DNA from: Methanobacteriota archaeon
GTDB taxonomy: Archaea > Thermoplasmatota > Thermoplasmata > RBG-16-68-12 > JAFNFQ01
Assembly (NCBI GenBank): GCA_017885655.1
Contig: JAFNFQ010000026.1
Coordinates: 2,505-66,504, forward strand
Reading direction: 5' to 3'
Length of the DNA stretch: 64,000 nucleotides
In this document: positions 47,181 to 56,500 of the stretch, in pieces
How positions within the stretch are numbered: the stretch's first letter is position 1
How the letters are laid out: the number at the start of each line of letters is the position of its first letter
The notes under the pieces: generated by a model
Told to the model about the DNA's origin: nothing
The model's input: the letters and a program-made list of their open reading frames with translations, nothing else
Database searches by the model: none
Program-made: the position numbers and the translations under genes

Positions 47181-48203
47181 ATGGGCGTCAATCTCACACC
47201 AGTCATTTCCCGCCATCAAGTCGATCTTGAGTACTTCCGCGGGAAGACCCTGGCGGTCGATGCCGCCATCGAGCTCTACCAGTTCCTCTCAATCGTTCGA
47301 CTGCGCGATGGCTCTCAGCTCATGGACTCGCATGGCCATGTGACCTCTCACCTTAGCGGCATCGTCTTCAGGACGACCCGCCTCATCGCGGACTACGGCA
47401 TCAACCCGATATTCGTCTTCGATGGGAAGCCACCGGACCTCAAAGCGGCGGAAATCGAGAAGCGGCGGGAGGCGAGGAAGCAAGCGCTCGCGGAGTACGA
47501 GAAGGCCAAGGCGGCGGGAGACATGGCCACCGCCTGGTCAAAGGTCGTGATGAGCTCCCGTCTCACGAGAGAAATGGTCGACGACGCGAAACGTCTGCTC
47601 GGCCTTCTGGGGATTCCGTTCGCGCAAGCTCCATCTGAGGGCGAGGCGCAGGCGGCCTCGATGGTTCAGCGCGGTCAAGCCTACACCGTGGCGGGAAAGG
47701 ATTATGATTCGCTCCTTTTCGGCTCTCCCCGCCTCGCGAGGTTCATCGCGCTGCAGAGCAGGGAATTCCTCCCGAGCATCGGCCGCTACCGCGTCAGCCC
47801 GCCGGAGATCATCGACCTGGAGGAGAACCTCAAGGCCATGTCCCTGTCAAGGAAGCAGCTGGTTGAAGCCGCCATTCTCGTGGGGACTGACTTCGATGAA
47901 GGGGTCAAGGGCATTGGCCCCAAGAAGGCGGTCGAGGCGCTGAAGAAGTGCGGCTCGATCGAGAGCCTGCCCGGCGCCATAAGAGACGAGCTCCCGCCAA
48001 ATTACGATGCGATCCGCGAATACTTCCTCCATCCCGAAGTCGACGAGAATCCCGCCATCGAGAAGAAGCGCATGGACTTAGATGCCGCGATCAAGTTCCT
48101 TTGCGGTGAGCGGGACTTTTCCGAACAGCGAGTGAGGAAAGCGCTGGAGCGGCTGGCGAAGACGGCACCTCCCGCAAGGACACTAGAAAGCTTCCTCGAT
48201 TGA
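47181..48203 (+). CDS. fen: flap endonuclease 1 (FEN-1)
   Basis: MGVNLTP…GKTLAVDAAIELYQFL…, XPG N/I domains, C-terminal PIP-like tail. 340 aa. Confidence 0.9.
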   Translation: MGVNLTPVISRHQVDLEYFRGKTLAVDAAIELYQFLSIVRLRDGSQLMDSHGHVTSHLSGIVFRTTRLIADYGINPIFVFDGKPPDLKAAEIEKRREARKQALAEYEKAKAAGDMATAWSKVVMSSRLTREMVDDAKRLLGLLGIPFAQAPSEGEAQAASMVQRGQAYTVAGKDYDSLLFGSPRLARFIALQSREFLPSIGRYRVSPPEIIDLEENLKAMSLSRKQLVEAAILVGTDFDEGVKGIGPKKAVEALKKCGSIESLPGAIRDELPPNYDAIREYFLHPEVDENPAIEKKRMDLDAAIKFLCGERDFSEQRVRKALERLAKTAPPARTLESFLD

Positions 48204-48221
48204 CGGGATTGCGGGAGCGAA

Positions 48222-51056
48222 CTACTTGATCCTCTCCAGAGCGAACGCCCCGATTATGAGCGTCTTGTTCGTCGCCTTGTACCCGACCCAGTCCCGCGAT
48301 TGAACATCTCCGAGCCCCGCCACGGAGAACATCATCTTGTTCCCCTCGGACTTGAAGAGAATCGCCCCGTCAGCCAAGTGCTCGAGCGTCTCTATCTGCT
48401 GGTCGGTGTGCATGCCCTTCTCCAGCGTCATGAAGCTCAATTCCTTCGTCTGCCTGAGGCGGTTGACCAGCTGCTGCACGAAACCGACAGCCTTGCTCTC
48501 CTCCGTGTGAGTTGTGCTAGAGGACAGCGTGATGTAGGCCAGGCGGAAGTACGGGTGCTTCTTCTCCTTGAACTCCGCGTCTAGGAGGTCGATGACATCG
48601 AGAATGTTGGCGAAGTCCGTTGCGCCGTTGACCCGGTAGACGGCCCCGTCCTTCTTCGGCTTCGAGCCTGCCGGCAGTGTCCCTGACGCGTCTATCCACC
48701 GCACAAGCCCGAGCTGCTCGTACTCGATGAACGAGGGCAGCACCGGAGCGATCTCTTTCGCGATCTCCACCGGCGGCTTCGTCGTCGTCACGATGATGGC
48801 GGGGGCTCCCTTTTTCAAACCCTCCGCTACGAAGTTGTAGAGCAGGACCTCCTTGCCGACGAAGGCCGGTCCGACCAGGAGGACGCTCGTGTTCATCCTC
48901 AGGCCTCCGAAGAACAGGTCGTCCAGGCGGGCGATGCCGGTCTTCAGCTTGCCCTCGGCCGCCGCCGCCTCCTCTGCAGGGGCAACTTCTTCCCCCGCCG
49001 CCACTGCCAGGGTGCGCTCCTTCTCCTTCAGAGCGGTCTCTAGCGCCTCCATCTCCTTCTCCTTCTGGTAGGCGCGCCTGCGCAGCTCCTCCTCCCTCTC
49101 GCGGAGGCGCTTCTCCCTCAGCTCCATGGCCTTCTCCCGCTCCTTGTCGACCATGCCCGCGATCGGCGCCTGAGAGAGCGCCTTCTCGCGCCTGTCGAGC
49201 TCCAATATCCTAAGCTGCAGATCACTCTCCCTCTGCTCAAGCTCCTTCTCGTGTTCGGCCAGCTTCCTGTTCTTCTCGTTCAGTCCCCTGACCTCCTTGC
49301 TCAAGTTCTCTGATATCGACTTGGCCTTCTGCCTCTCGCCGCCGACATCGCCCTGCTGCCTCTTCAGCTCCTCCTGCGCCGCCACGACCGCCGCCTCGGT
49401 CTCCTTAATCGACCTGAACAGCTTGGAGTACTCGGACTCCTTGAGGTTGAGCCTGTCCCTCTCGGCCTTGACAGCGTTGATCTGCTGCTCCATGTGCTGC
49501 GCTCTCTGGGTCATCGACGCCTCGAGGTCTGAGAGCTGCTTCTGCCTGATGACTAGATCCTTTTCCCTGTCGGACAACTGCAGCCTCTGCTGCTGCAGCC
49601 GCGCGTCGGACCTCAGCTGCTCGTCCGCCTTGGTCTTGGTGTCCTTGTCCAGTCTGCGGAGCTCGACATCGAGCTTCGCCAGGTCCCTCTCCTTCTTCAT
49701 CACCTTGTCTTCCCAGTCCTTGATCTCGCGAACCTTCGTCTCCTGGTCCTTCGAGAGCACCGCCTCGAGCTCCTCGATCTTCATCTGCATCTCGCTCTCC
49801 CTGAGCTCGATGTTCTTCTCCGACTGTATCGTGTCGTTCCTCCGCTTCTCGATCGCCTCTTCCTCGACCTTGAGCCTCCTCTCCGATTCCTCGGCGGCAG
49901 ACGCCCTCTCATCCGCCTTCCGCAGCTTCTCCGAGATGTCTATCTCCTGACGCCTGAGCTCCTTCTCGCGCTCGAGCATCTTCAGCTCGCGTTCCTTGAT
50001 CTCGTCCTTCAGGCGCTCGACCTCGTCCTCCCTCTCCTTGAACGACTTCTTCCTCAGTTCGAGCTCCTCGGCCTTCGTCTGGACATCCACCTTCATCACG
50101 CTGAGCTGCCTTTCCAGCCCCTTCAGCTCCTTCCACTGCGCTTCGTACTTGATGTTCAGCGCCTCGGCGGCCTTCGTCTTCTCCGCTATCTCGTCCTCGA
50201 GGCCCCTCAGCGCTTGTTCTCTGGAATCGAGATGGGACTCCTGGGCCCTCATCGCCTTCTCCTTGTAGTCGATCGCCTGCTGCCGCTTCTGGTACTCCTC
50301 GCGGAGGATGGCGAGGTGGGTGTCCCCCGCCTTGACTATCTCCCGCTCTTGGGCTTCCGTTGCGGTTGCGATGATGAGGAGGAGAGAGCCGCTCAGCTCG
50401 ATCAAGAGAGCCCCGAACAGGTAAGCGAGGACGAGCCAACCCGTGTCAGGCGTCTGCATGCTGGGCATCAGGGTGAACAGGAAGAACAGCGGGAGGACTG
50501 CCGCGCACACGATGCTCGCGACCTTCCGCCTGCTCCTGCCCTCCCAGGTGGCGGCGATGGAAGCGAGCGTTAAGGAGATTGGAAGGACGGAGACCGGATA
50601 GACCCATCCGACATAAGGCAGTACGAATTGCCCGGCCACATGGAGTATGACAAGCACGAGCATCAGCGCGGAGATGACAACGGCGAGCGCGGTGAGGATG
50701 AAGTGACCGGAGTTCTTGTGGCCCACATACGGCCTCCACTTCTGGATCACGAGGGATACTGAGATGGCGAGACCGACGATGAGCGCGATGAGCCAGAGGA
50801 AGTAACCCTGCGTGAGGAAGGGAATGTCCTGGAACCCTCCGAGGGGGCTGACAGTCGCAAGTATCGCGTTCAGAGCGAGGGCGAGGGCGGAGTAGATGCC
50901 GAACATCTGCGCGGTGCGGCCCAGGCTAAGCTGAAGGAGGGCGATCTTCGACGAGTCCGAGCGGAGCTTCACGTCCTCCGCCCTGGTCGACCGCTCAGCA
51001 AGCTCGCGCTCCTCCGTGTCCGACGCAGCTTCAGAAGTCTTTCTTCTGGCCATCAA
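48222..51056 (-). CDS. 944-aa protein: N-terminal polytopic membrane domain, ~500-aa E/K/R-rich coiled coil, C-terminal KaiC/RecA-like domain with degenerate Walker A (GPAFVGKE)
   Basis: ~6 TM (aa 50-250). Heptad-rich region (…LKDEIKERELKMLEREKELRRQE…). C-terminus LDDLFFGGLRMNTSVLLVGPAFVGKEVLLYNFVAEGLKKGAPAIIVTT matches the KaiC/RadA-like pattern but has Glu in place of the Ser/Thr after GK. Confidence 0.75.
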   Translation of the reverse strand: MMARRKTSEAASDTEERELAERSTRAEDVKLRSDSSKIALLQLSLGRTAQMFGIYSALALALNAILATVSPLGGFQDIPFLTQGYFLWLIALIVGLAISVSLVIQKWRPYVGHKNSGHFILTALAVVISALMLVLVILHVAGQFVLPYVGWVYPVSVLPISLTLASIAATWEGRSRRKVASIVCAAVLPLFFLFTLMPSMQTPDTGWLVLAYLFGALLIELSGSLLLIIATATEAQEREIVKAGDTHLAILREEYQKRQQAIDYKEKAMRAQESHLDSREQALRGLEDEIAEKTKAAEALNIKYEAQWKELKGLERQLSVMKVDVQTKAEELELRKKSFKEREDEVERLKDEIKERELKMLEREKELRRQEIDISEKLRKADERASAAEESERRLKVEEEAIEKRRNDTIQSEKNIELRESEMQMKIEELEAVLSKDQETKVREIKDWEDKVMKKERDLAKLDVELRRLDKDTKTKADEQLRSDARLQQQRLQLSDREKDLVIRQKQLSDLEASMTQRAQHMEQQINAVKAERDRLNLKESEYSKLFRSIKETEAAVVAAQEELKRQQGDVGGERQKAKSISENLSKEVRGLNEKNRKLAEHEKELEQRESDLQLRILELDRREKALSQAPIAGMVDKEREKAMELREKRLREREEELRRRAYQKEKEMEALETALKEKERTLAVAAGEEVAPAEEAAAAEGKLKTGIARLDDLFFGGLRMNTSVLLVGPAFVGKEVLLYNFVAEGLKKGAPAIIVTTTKPPVEIAKEIAPVLPSFIEYEQLGLVRWIDASGTLPAGSKPKKDGAVYRVNGATDFANILDVIDLLDAEFKEKKHPYFRLAYITLSSSTTHTEESKAVGFVQQLVNRLRQTKELSFMTLEKGMHTDQQIETLEHLADGAILFKSEGNKMMFSVAGLGDVQSRDWVGYKATNKTLIIGAFALERIK

Positions 51057-51137
51057 GGGGTCTCCTGACGAGGGGGAAGCCAGTCTGGACAGAAAGTGGC
51101 ATATCTCTACTTAAACGTTGATGAAGAATAGAATGCC

Positions 51138-52592
51138 TCATTGCCCTGCGGATATGAGCAAACCGGGGTCGTCGACCAGCAGGTAGTGCAATCTGCCGTC
51201 AGTCTCTCCCTCAAGCTTGACTATCCAGTCGCGGAGCCTCTTATCCGGGCTCTCTCCACTCTTTCCGATGAAGGCGATTGGCAGCATGACTTCATCCTTG
51301 GCGGTCAAGCCGTCCTGGATCAGGAGCAGGTGGCCCCAGCCGCACTTCCTCTCGGTAACGAGGAGGTCCACGGGCTTCTGCTTGCCTATCTTGAAGTCCC
51401 TCATGACGACCTCTTGGACCGCCAGGAGAGCTTTCTCCATTCCAGCATCGGATATCTTGTCCTTTTCACTCGTCTTTGCGGTCTTCAATCTCGCTGCCGT
51501 CTCCTGGAGGATCGGTGCACCCACCGCCATCAGTCCCTTGAACTCCTCGCTGCCCCATCCGTCGGTCAGCGGGGCCAGGACGACGATTCTCCCGCCAAGC
51601 TTCACCGCGTGCCTCGCAGAGTTGAACGCCTTGCCGGCCTGATAGAGGTCGATCCCTTCGTGGCGGGCGGCCATGATGACCACGTCGGCCAGCCGCGGGA
51701 TCTTGGCGGTGCTCACGCTGGCCAGGATGGGCTCGCCACGCCTGTGAGTCTCCAAGACATCACCGCCTGCGATGTGAACCAGCTTGTCATGAGCGTCCAC
51801 GACTGTCACAATGCCGTACAGCCAGCCGCCCTTCGCCTTGAGTGCCTTGTCTATGAAGTTGACGAGCTTGGTCTTGCACTCGTAGACGGGGTTGTGGCTG
51901 AGACTCCCCATCTCCACGTGCTCGGCGAACCCGACCTTGCCGAACATCTTGAGGTGCTCCCGGGTAATCGTGTTCTTCCCCGCCACGCCGGGTATCAATT
52001 GCTTAGGTCCCCCGCCCATTCCGGCGAAGTAATGGTAGTCCAGGTCGCTCAGTCCGATCAAGACCTCGGAAGCGTAGGCGGTTCTATTCAGCTCCACCGG
52101 GATGCCATCATCCAGCTTCCCAATCACCTCGACGCTCTTCACGCAATCGTGGTCCTCGACGACATCCTTGTAGGATTCCCAGACCTCCTTGCCGAAGATG
52201 TGGACGTACTCCTCGCCCTTCGCCGCCCTGTGCGTCCCATGTGCAATCAGCAGGCGGATCCTGTCGCGCTTGACGCCCATGGCCTGCAATCTCTCCAGGA
52301 GCAGGGGCAGGAGTATCCTCGTGTGGACGTTCGGGCGGGTGTGGTCGTCAACTATGATCGAGACGAGCCCGCCGTGATAGTGCTTCGTGAGTATCGTCCT
52401 CAGGTCTGGAACTTTGGCGGGAGTCTGGGATTTCGAGATTGCGTCGTCGAGGGCTTTTTCGATGTCCGCGATTTCCTTTGGCGCCTTCGGAAGCTCGATG
52501 GGAATCGTTCTTCCCTCGTCCACGATCTTCTTCGGGAGGAAGTCCTCGATCACGCGCTCGCCATAGTGAAGCCTGCCCGTGTACTCGCCCAT
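51138..52592 (-). CDS. LarA-like (lactate racemase family, DUF2088) protein
   Basis: 484 aa; …GGLVSIIVDDHTRP…LIAHGTHR…HYFAGMGGG… resembles the LarA N-terminal Ni-pincer binding domain. Assignment from motif memory. Confidence 0.6.
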   Translation of the reverse strand: MGEYTGRLHYGERVIEDFLPKKIVDEGRTIPIELPKAPKEIADIEKALDDAISKSQTPAKVPDLRTILTKHYHGGLVSIIVDDHTRPNVHTRILLPLLLERLQAMGVKRDRIRLLIAHGTHRAAKGEEYVHIFGKEVWESYKDVVEDHDCVKSVEVIGKLDDGIPVELNRTAYASEVLIGLSDLDYHYFAGMGGGPKQLIPGVAGKNTITREHLKMFGKVGFAEHVEMGSLSHNPVYECKTKLVNFIDKALKAKGGWLYGIVTVVDAHDKLVHIAGGDVLETHRRGEPILASVSTAKIPRLADVVIMAARHEGIDLYQAGKAFNSARHAVKLGGRIVVLAPLTDGWGSEEFKGLMAVGAPILQETAARLKTAKTSEKDKISDAGMEKALLAVQEVVMRDFKIGKQKPVDLLVTERKCGWGHLLLIQDGLTAKDEVMLPIAFIGKSGESPDKRLRDWIVKLEGETDGRLHYLLVDDPGLLISAGQ

Positions 52593-52695
52593 GCACTCAC
52601 CTCTGTGGCTGATGCGTCGCGAAACAACTCGCTCGCCATATTTAAGGGGTGCGAGTGCCCGGGAACGGCAGTCGCGGATAACCCAACCCCAATCT

Positions 52696-52702
52696 CTTAT
52701 AT
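52696..52702 (+). promoter_or_regulatory. TATA box (CTTATAT) for thyX
   Basis: ~30 nt upstream of ATG 52731. Divergent from the larA-like gene, whose own TATA-like CATATTTAAGG is at ~52636-52648. Confidence 0.35.
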
Positions 52703-52730
52703 CGCGTGGCGGGATTCACCGCCCGATATC

Positions 52731-53507
52731 ATGACCGCCGAGGGGAAGGGACATTCCGAGCCCCGAATCATCAGGAAGCCCACGGTCCAGCTCATCGCAT
52801 GGACAGACTTCAGAAAGCCGCAGGACATTGATTGGACCACTGACACCAAGGTCCCCGCCGAGCAGCTCATCGAGATGGCGGGGAGGCAGTGCTACGAATC
52901 GTGGACCAACCCCGCCGGCAAGACCAACGCGGAGTATGTCGCGAACATGCTCGACCACGGCCACCTAAGCGTCATCGAGCATGGCACCGCCACGTTCCGC
53001 TTCACCGGCGTGAGCAGATCATTCACCCACGAGCTGGTCCGCCACCGCCTATTCTCATATTCCCAGCTCTCGCAGCGGTTCGTCTCTGAGACCGATGCCG
53101 CTTTCATCGAGCCGGACGTGATTGCCAACGACCCGAAGGCGCACGAGATCTTCGTGAAATCCATAGAGCAGTCCCGCCAGGCCTACACCCAACTGAACGA
53201 GATCCTCAAGACCAAGTTCGACGGCCTGCAGGACAAGACGCTAAAGAGGAAGAAGGCGAGGGAGGCGGCCAGGGCCGTTCTGCCCAATGCCACCGAGACG
53301 AAGATTGTCGTCACGGGCAACTTCAGGGCTTGGCGGCATTTCGTGAGGCTTCGCTCAGCCGAGCACACAGACGTGGAAATCAGGGCTGTGGCAATCGCCG
53401 TGCTCCGACAGCTCAACAAGCTCGCTCCCGCGATATTCGGGGACTTCGAGATCTACAAGGGCCCCGATGGCCTTGAGTGCGCGCGCACCAAGCACGTCTT
53501 CGAGTGA
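52731..53507 (+). CDS. thyX: FAD-dependent thymidylate synthase ThyX
   Basis: RHRxxxxxxxS motif (ELVRHRLFSYSQLSQRF), 258 aa. The N-terminal 530 codons of track ORF 51141..53507 are antisense to larA and are rejected. Confidence 0.9.
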   Translation: MTAEGKGHSEPRIIRKPTVQLIAWTDFRKPQDIDWTTDTKVPAEQLIEMAGRQCYESWTNPAGKTNAEYVANMLDHGHLSVIEHGTATFRFTGVSRSFTHELVRHRLFSYSQLSQRFVSETDAAFIEPDVIANDPKAHEIFVKSIEQSRQAYTQLNEILKTKFDGLQDKTLKRKKAREAARAVLPNATETKIVVTGNFRAWRHFVRLRSAEHTDVEIRAVAIAVLRQLNKLAPAIFGDFEIYKGPDGLECARTKHVFE

Positions 53508-53511
53508 GTGC

Positions 53512-54798
53512 TCAGCCGATGTAGTCTTGCTCTCCCTCGGCGCGGTCGAGCAGCTCGCGTGCAAGATCGTATCTCGGATTGAGCTCCAGCGCTTTGTCCA
53601 GCTCTCTCTTCGCCATTTGGCCCATCCCCTTCATCAGGTACACGCGCCCGAGATTGCAGTGCGCGTAGCAGTAGCAGCAGTATCTCTCTGATTCCAATGC
53701 CCTTTGTAGCCACTCCACCGCCTCGTCCAGCCGTCCAAGTTCTATGAGGTATGCCCCTATGTCGTTGTAGGGGTTCCCGAGGGTCGAGTCGACTTCGATT
53801 GCCCTCTTGCACTCCTCGATAGCCTCCTCGTACCGACCGTCGAAGCTCAGCCGCCATCCCAAGAATGTGTGCGCCTCGGCAGAGGGGATGATCCTCAGGG
53901 AGGCCTTGTAAAGGTCTTCCGCGTCCTCCAAGTAGCCCATTGTCTGGTACAGGTACGCGGCATGGAATGCCTTCACGGCGCTCATCTTCTGCTTGTCCTT
54001 CCCGCCATGGCGGACGAGATCGAGCGGGCCGTCCTCGAAGGTCTCCTTCACCAGCTCCGCCACATTCGCCTCCTTCTCAGCGGTGAACTTGCCAGTCCAG
54101 ACGTGGCTCACTATGTCCTCCAGGCCGAGGACTCTGGAAACGTCGATGTCCATTGCGATCTCGCCACCTCGAGGACCCGCCATCGGACCTATCAATCGCA
54201 TGTCGCCGAAGAGGATTTCGAGGAAATCGTCGCCACTGCGCACGTGCCTTGCGAGCGCGAGCCCTTCGGGCCCGCCCCTGCTGACGACGAAACCGAGTTC
54301 CGAGACTTGGGGAAGGATGTCCTTGGGCGTCAATTCGTCCGCAAGAAGAAGGACTCGGGTGTACGTCGATGATTTCGCCATGAACGCATAGAGGCTCATC
54401 ACCTCTACGGCCTCCGAAAACCCCGCCCTCTCGAGATTCTTCAAGACGGCTTCCTCGTCGCTCAGATCGAACTCGACGGCCGTCACGGAGCCCTTTCGAC
54501 CGATCGTGGCTGCGATTGCAGCCGCAACGTAGCCGCCCCGGGAATCTATCACTGCGACACGCTGCCCCTGCGTCAATTCCAGCGCCTCGAGCAGCAGCGC
54601 CATGAACCTGACCGAGGGGACGAATCTCCCGGTGTCGCCGCACTTGCACGGGAGCGGCGCATCGCAATCGCCGAGGGCCTCAAGCTCCGGCGGAAGGAAT
54701 GCGCTGCGGCGGACTGACCTGAGCGCTGACTCTGCGGCCCGGTTCTTGAGGAGTTTGATACCCTTCAGCCTGTGGAACAGTCGCTCCTTCGAATCCAT
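53512..54798 (-). CDS. protein-L-isoaspartate O-methyltransferase-like (degenerate) domain fused to C-terminal TPR repeats
   Basis: N-terminus ALRSVRRSAFLPPEL…MALLLEALELTQGQRVAVIDSRGGYVAAAIAATIG… parallels PIMT, but the SAM-binding GxGxG and substrate loop are altered. C-terminal ~150 aa has TPR-like helices (AYLYQTMGYLEDAEDLYKASLRI…). Confidence 0.55.
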   Translation of the reverse strand: MDSKERLFHRLKGIKLLKNRAAESALRSVRRSAFLPPELEALGDCDAPLPCKCGDTGRFVPSVRFMALLLEALELTQGQRVAVIDSRGGYVAAAIAATIGRKGSVTAVEFDLSDEEAVLKNLERAGFSEAVEVMSLYAFMAKSSTYTRVLLLADELTPKDILPQVSELGFVVSRGGPEGLALARHVRSGDDFLEILFGDMRLIGPMAGPRGGEIAMDIDVSRVLGLEDIVSHVWTGKFTAEKEANVAELVKETFEDGPLDLVRHGGKDKQKMSAVKAFHAAYLYQTMGYLEDAEDLYKASLRIIPSAEAHTFLGWRLSFDGRYEEAIEECKRAIEVDSTLGNPYNDIGAYLIELGRLDEAVEWLQRALESERYCCYCYAHCNLGRVYLMKGMGQMAKRELDKALELNPRYDLARELLDRAEGEQDYIG

Positions 54799-54948
54799 GG
54801 AGGAAACCCGTTTGCGGTTGAAGAAGCTAAGGGAATCCTCGTTAAAGCCGTTTTTTGATTTCGTTCGCTAACACTGAGTATTCAACGTGGTGCTTGCCGC
54901 CGGTTGCCGCAGACGCGCGCGGCGATCGTCTGAAGAAATCGCCCTCGT

Positions 54949-55152
54949 CTATCGTCCTTCGATGTCGAAGTAGACGTCCATGGTGGTCCTGAAGCTCTTC
55001 ACCTTCCCGCCATCGAGCTCCAGCTCGAACCCGGTCACCCTCGCCCACTTCAGTCCGCGCACCGTCTTCGATGCCGCCGCCACGCCTTCTTTCGCCGCAT
55101 CGGCGAAGCTTTCTTTCGATATGCCGACGATTGTGCTGATCTTCTGAGTCAT
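54949..55152 (-). CDS. dodecin (flavin-binding)
   Basis: MTQKISTIVGISKESFADAAKEGVAAASKTVRGLKWARVTGFELELDGGKVKSFRTTMDVYFDIE; 68 aa, dodecin fold signature. Confidence 0.7.
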   Translation of the reverse strand: MTQKISTIVGISKESFADAAKEGVAAASKTVRGLKWARVTGFELELDGGKVKSFRTTMDVYFDIEGR

Positions 55153-55214
55153 GGTTTCCCCGCAGGGTATAGCCACGGCTGGTCAAAATGCTTTGCGGAG
55201 CCGGTTGGCCGGGT

Positions 55215-55637
55215 CTACTTCTGTTGCCTCAGGAGCATGACGAACTTGTCAGCGTGGTGCTGCTCGTCCACGAGGATGTTCTCGATGATGAGCGCCGTGC
55301 CGATCTCGCCCATCTTCTCCGCCTGCTTGATGCGCTCTGCGTAGTCCTTCAAAGCGAGCCGCTCGCCCTTGAGGTCGGCGGTCAGCATGTCCTTGATGGT
55401 TTTTGCCGCCACTATCGGCCTCGGCCTTATGGTCGGCGTGCCGCCCATGGCCACAATCCTCTCCGCGAGCTCCTCGGCGTGCTTCATCTCGTCCTTCGAT
55501 ATCTCCTCAAGCACGTCATGGAGTTGCGGTCTGTTCACCCCCGCGATCTGATAGCTGTGCTGCAGATACTGGATAATCGCCTGCAGCTCGCCCGCCAGAT
55601 CGTAGTTCAGAAGGTCAATCAGCTTCTTTGTGTTCAT
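55215..55637 (-). CDS. ferritin-like (bacterioferritin-family) protein
   Basis: 140 aa four-helix bundle pattern, LNYDLAGELQAIIQYLQHSY…EMKHAEELAERIVAMGG…EQHHADKF. Confidence 0.65.
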   Translation of the reverse strand: MNTKKLIDLLNYDLAGELQAIIQYLQHSYQIAGVNRPQLHDVLEEISKDEMKHAEELAERIVAMGGTPTIRPRPIVAAKTIKDMLTADLKGERLALKDYAERIKQAEKMGEIGTALIIENILVDEQHHADKFVMLLRQQK

Positions 55638-55828
55638 CTGCTATCCTCCTCGTAAGTGCGACTTTGTTTGTCAATCCATCGCAAGTATATAATTCTACCA
55701 ATCTCGAGACGACCCCTCCACGCAAAGATGTCAAGGCAAATGGGAGGAAACAAAAGAGGTTGGGGGGTTCGAACCCCCTTCGTAGGCTACGAGCCCGAGA
55801 TTCCGGGCCGCCAAGATAGGCTGAGTGT

Positions 55829-56269
55829 CTACATCGGCGGCGGAGCCATCGGGGCGACCGGAGGGGCCGCTGCCTTTTTCGCCTGTCCCATTCCCAGGCC
55901 CGCACCGACGATGAGGATTATGGACCCAATCATGCTGATATAGATTCCATATCCCACTTCGACGACACCGCCCGAAATCAGAGAGACGAGAGTTGCGCTA
56001 AGTGCGAAGCCCAACAGGACCATGATGAAGGCGAGTATTCCATTGATCAAGCCGGCTATGCACATGCCTCGCGAACCGATCGCCACGAATATCAGGCCGA
56101 GTACCCCGAATATCAGCGCAAGCCACCCGAATATGGGGAACATCGCGCCCATCAGGCTAGCTGTCTCTCCTGTTGCGCTATTCGTTGCGGTCAGCCACGG
56201 CAAGAACATGCCCACAAGGATCAATATGCCGCCTACTATTCCGATTAACCTTCCAGAACTCATCGCCAT
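55829..56269 (-). CDS. integral membrane protein (4 TM), hypothetical
   Basis: 146 aa, Gly/Ile/Leu-rich helices, Pro/Ala-rich tail. Confidence 0.5.
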   Translation of the reverse strand: MAMSSGRLIGIVGGILILVGMFLPWLTATNSATGETASLMGAMFPIFGWLALIFGVLGLIFVAIGSRGMCIAGLINGILAFIMVLLGFALSATLVSLISGGVVEVGYGIYISMIGSIILIVGAGLGMGQAKKAAAPPVAPMAPPPM

Positions 56270-56500
56270 ATTTTTTCCTCAGACCCCCTCCTTCTTCCCT
56301 CTGGGGGCCCGGCCTTGAATACCCTTCGAATATAATAGTGTTGCCCTCATAAAAGGCCGTGAAAGGACATGTCTCCATGACGAAATCGGTCGTCTGCCAG
56401 GTGTATTTGGAGGATTCTCACAGATCCCTCCACCTTGAGGTCAATGATCCTGACCTATGCAGATGCGCTGCGAGGGCCCACCCTCGTCATGGAACGGTTC

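Noticed and set aside
51141-52730. N-terminal 530 codons of track ORF 51141..53507 (788 aa)
   Set aside because: This part is antisense to the LarA-like gene. Only the C-terminal 258 aa from ATG 52731 (ThyX, preceded by a TATA box) is real.
55740-55830. tRNA gene suggested by GGGGGTTCGAACCCCC
   Set aside because: I could not find a 7-bp acceptor stem, D-arm (AGC…GG) or anticodon stem-loop on either strand. The element is a perfect palindrome, which a T-arm plus acceptor would not be.
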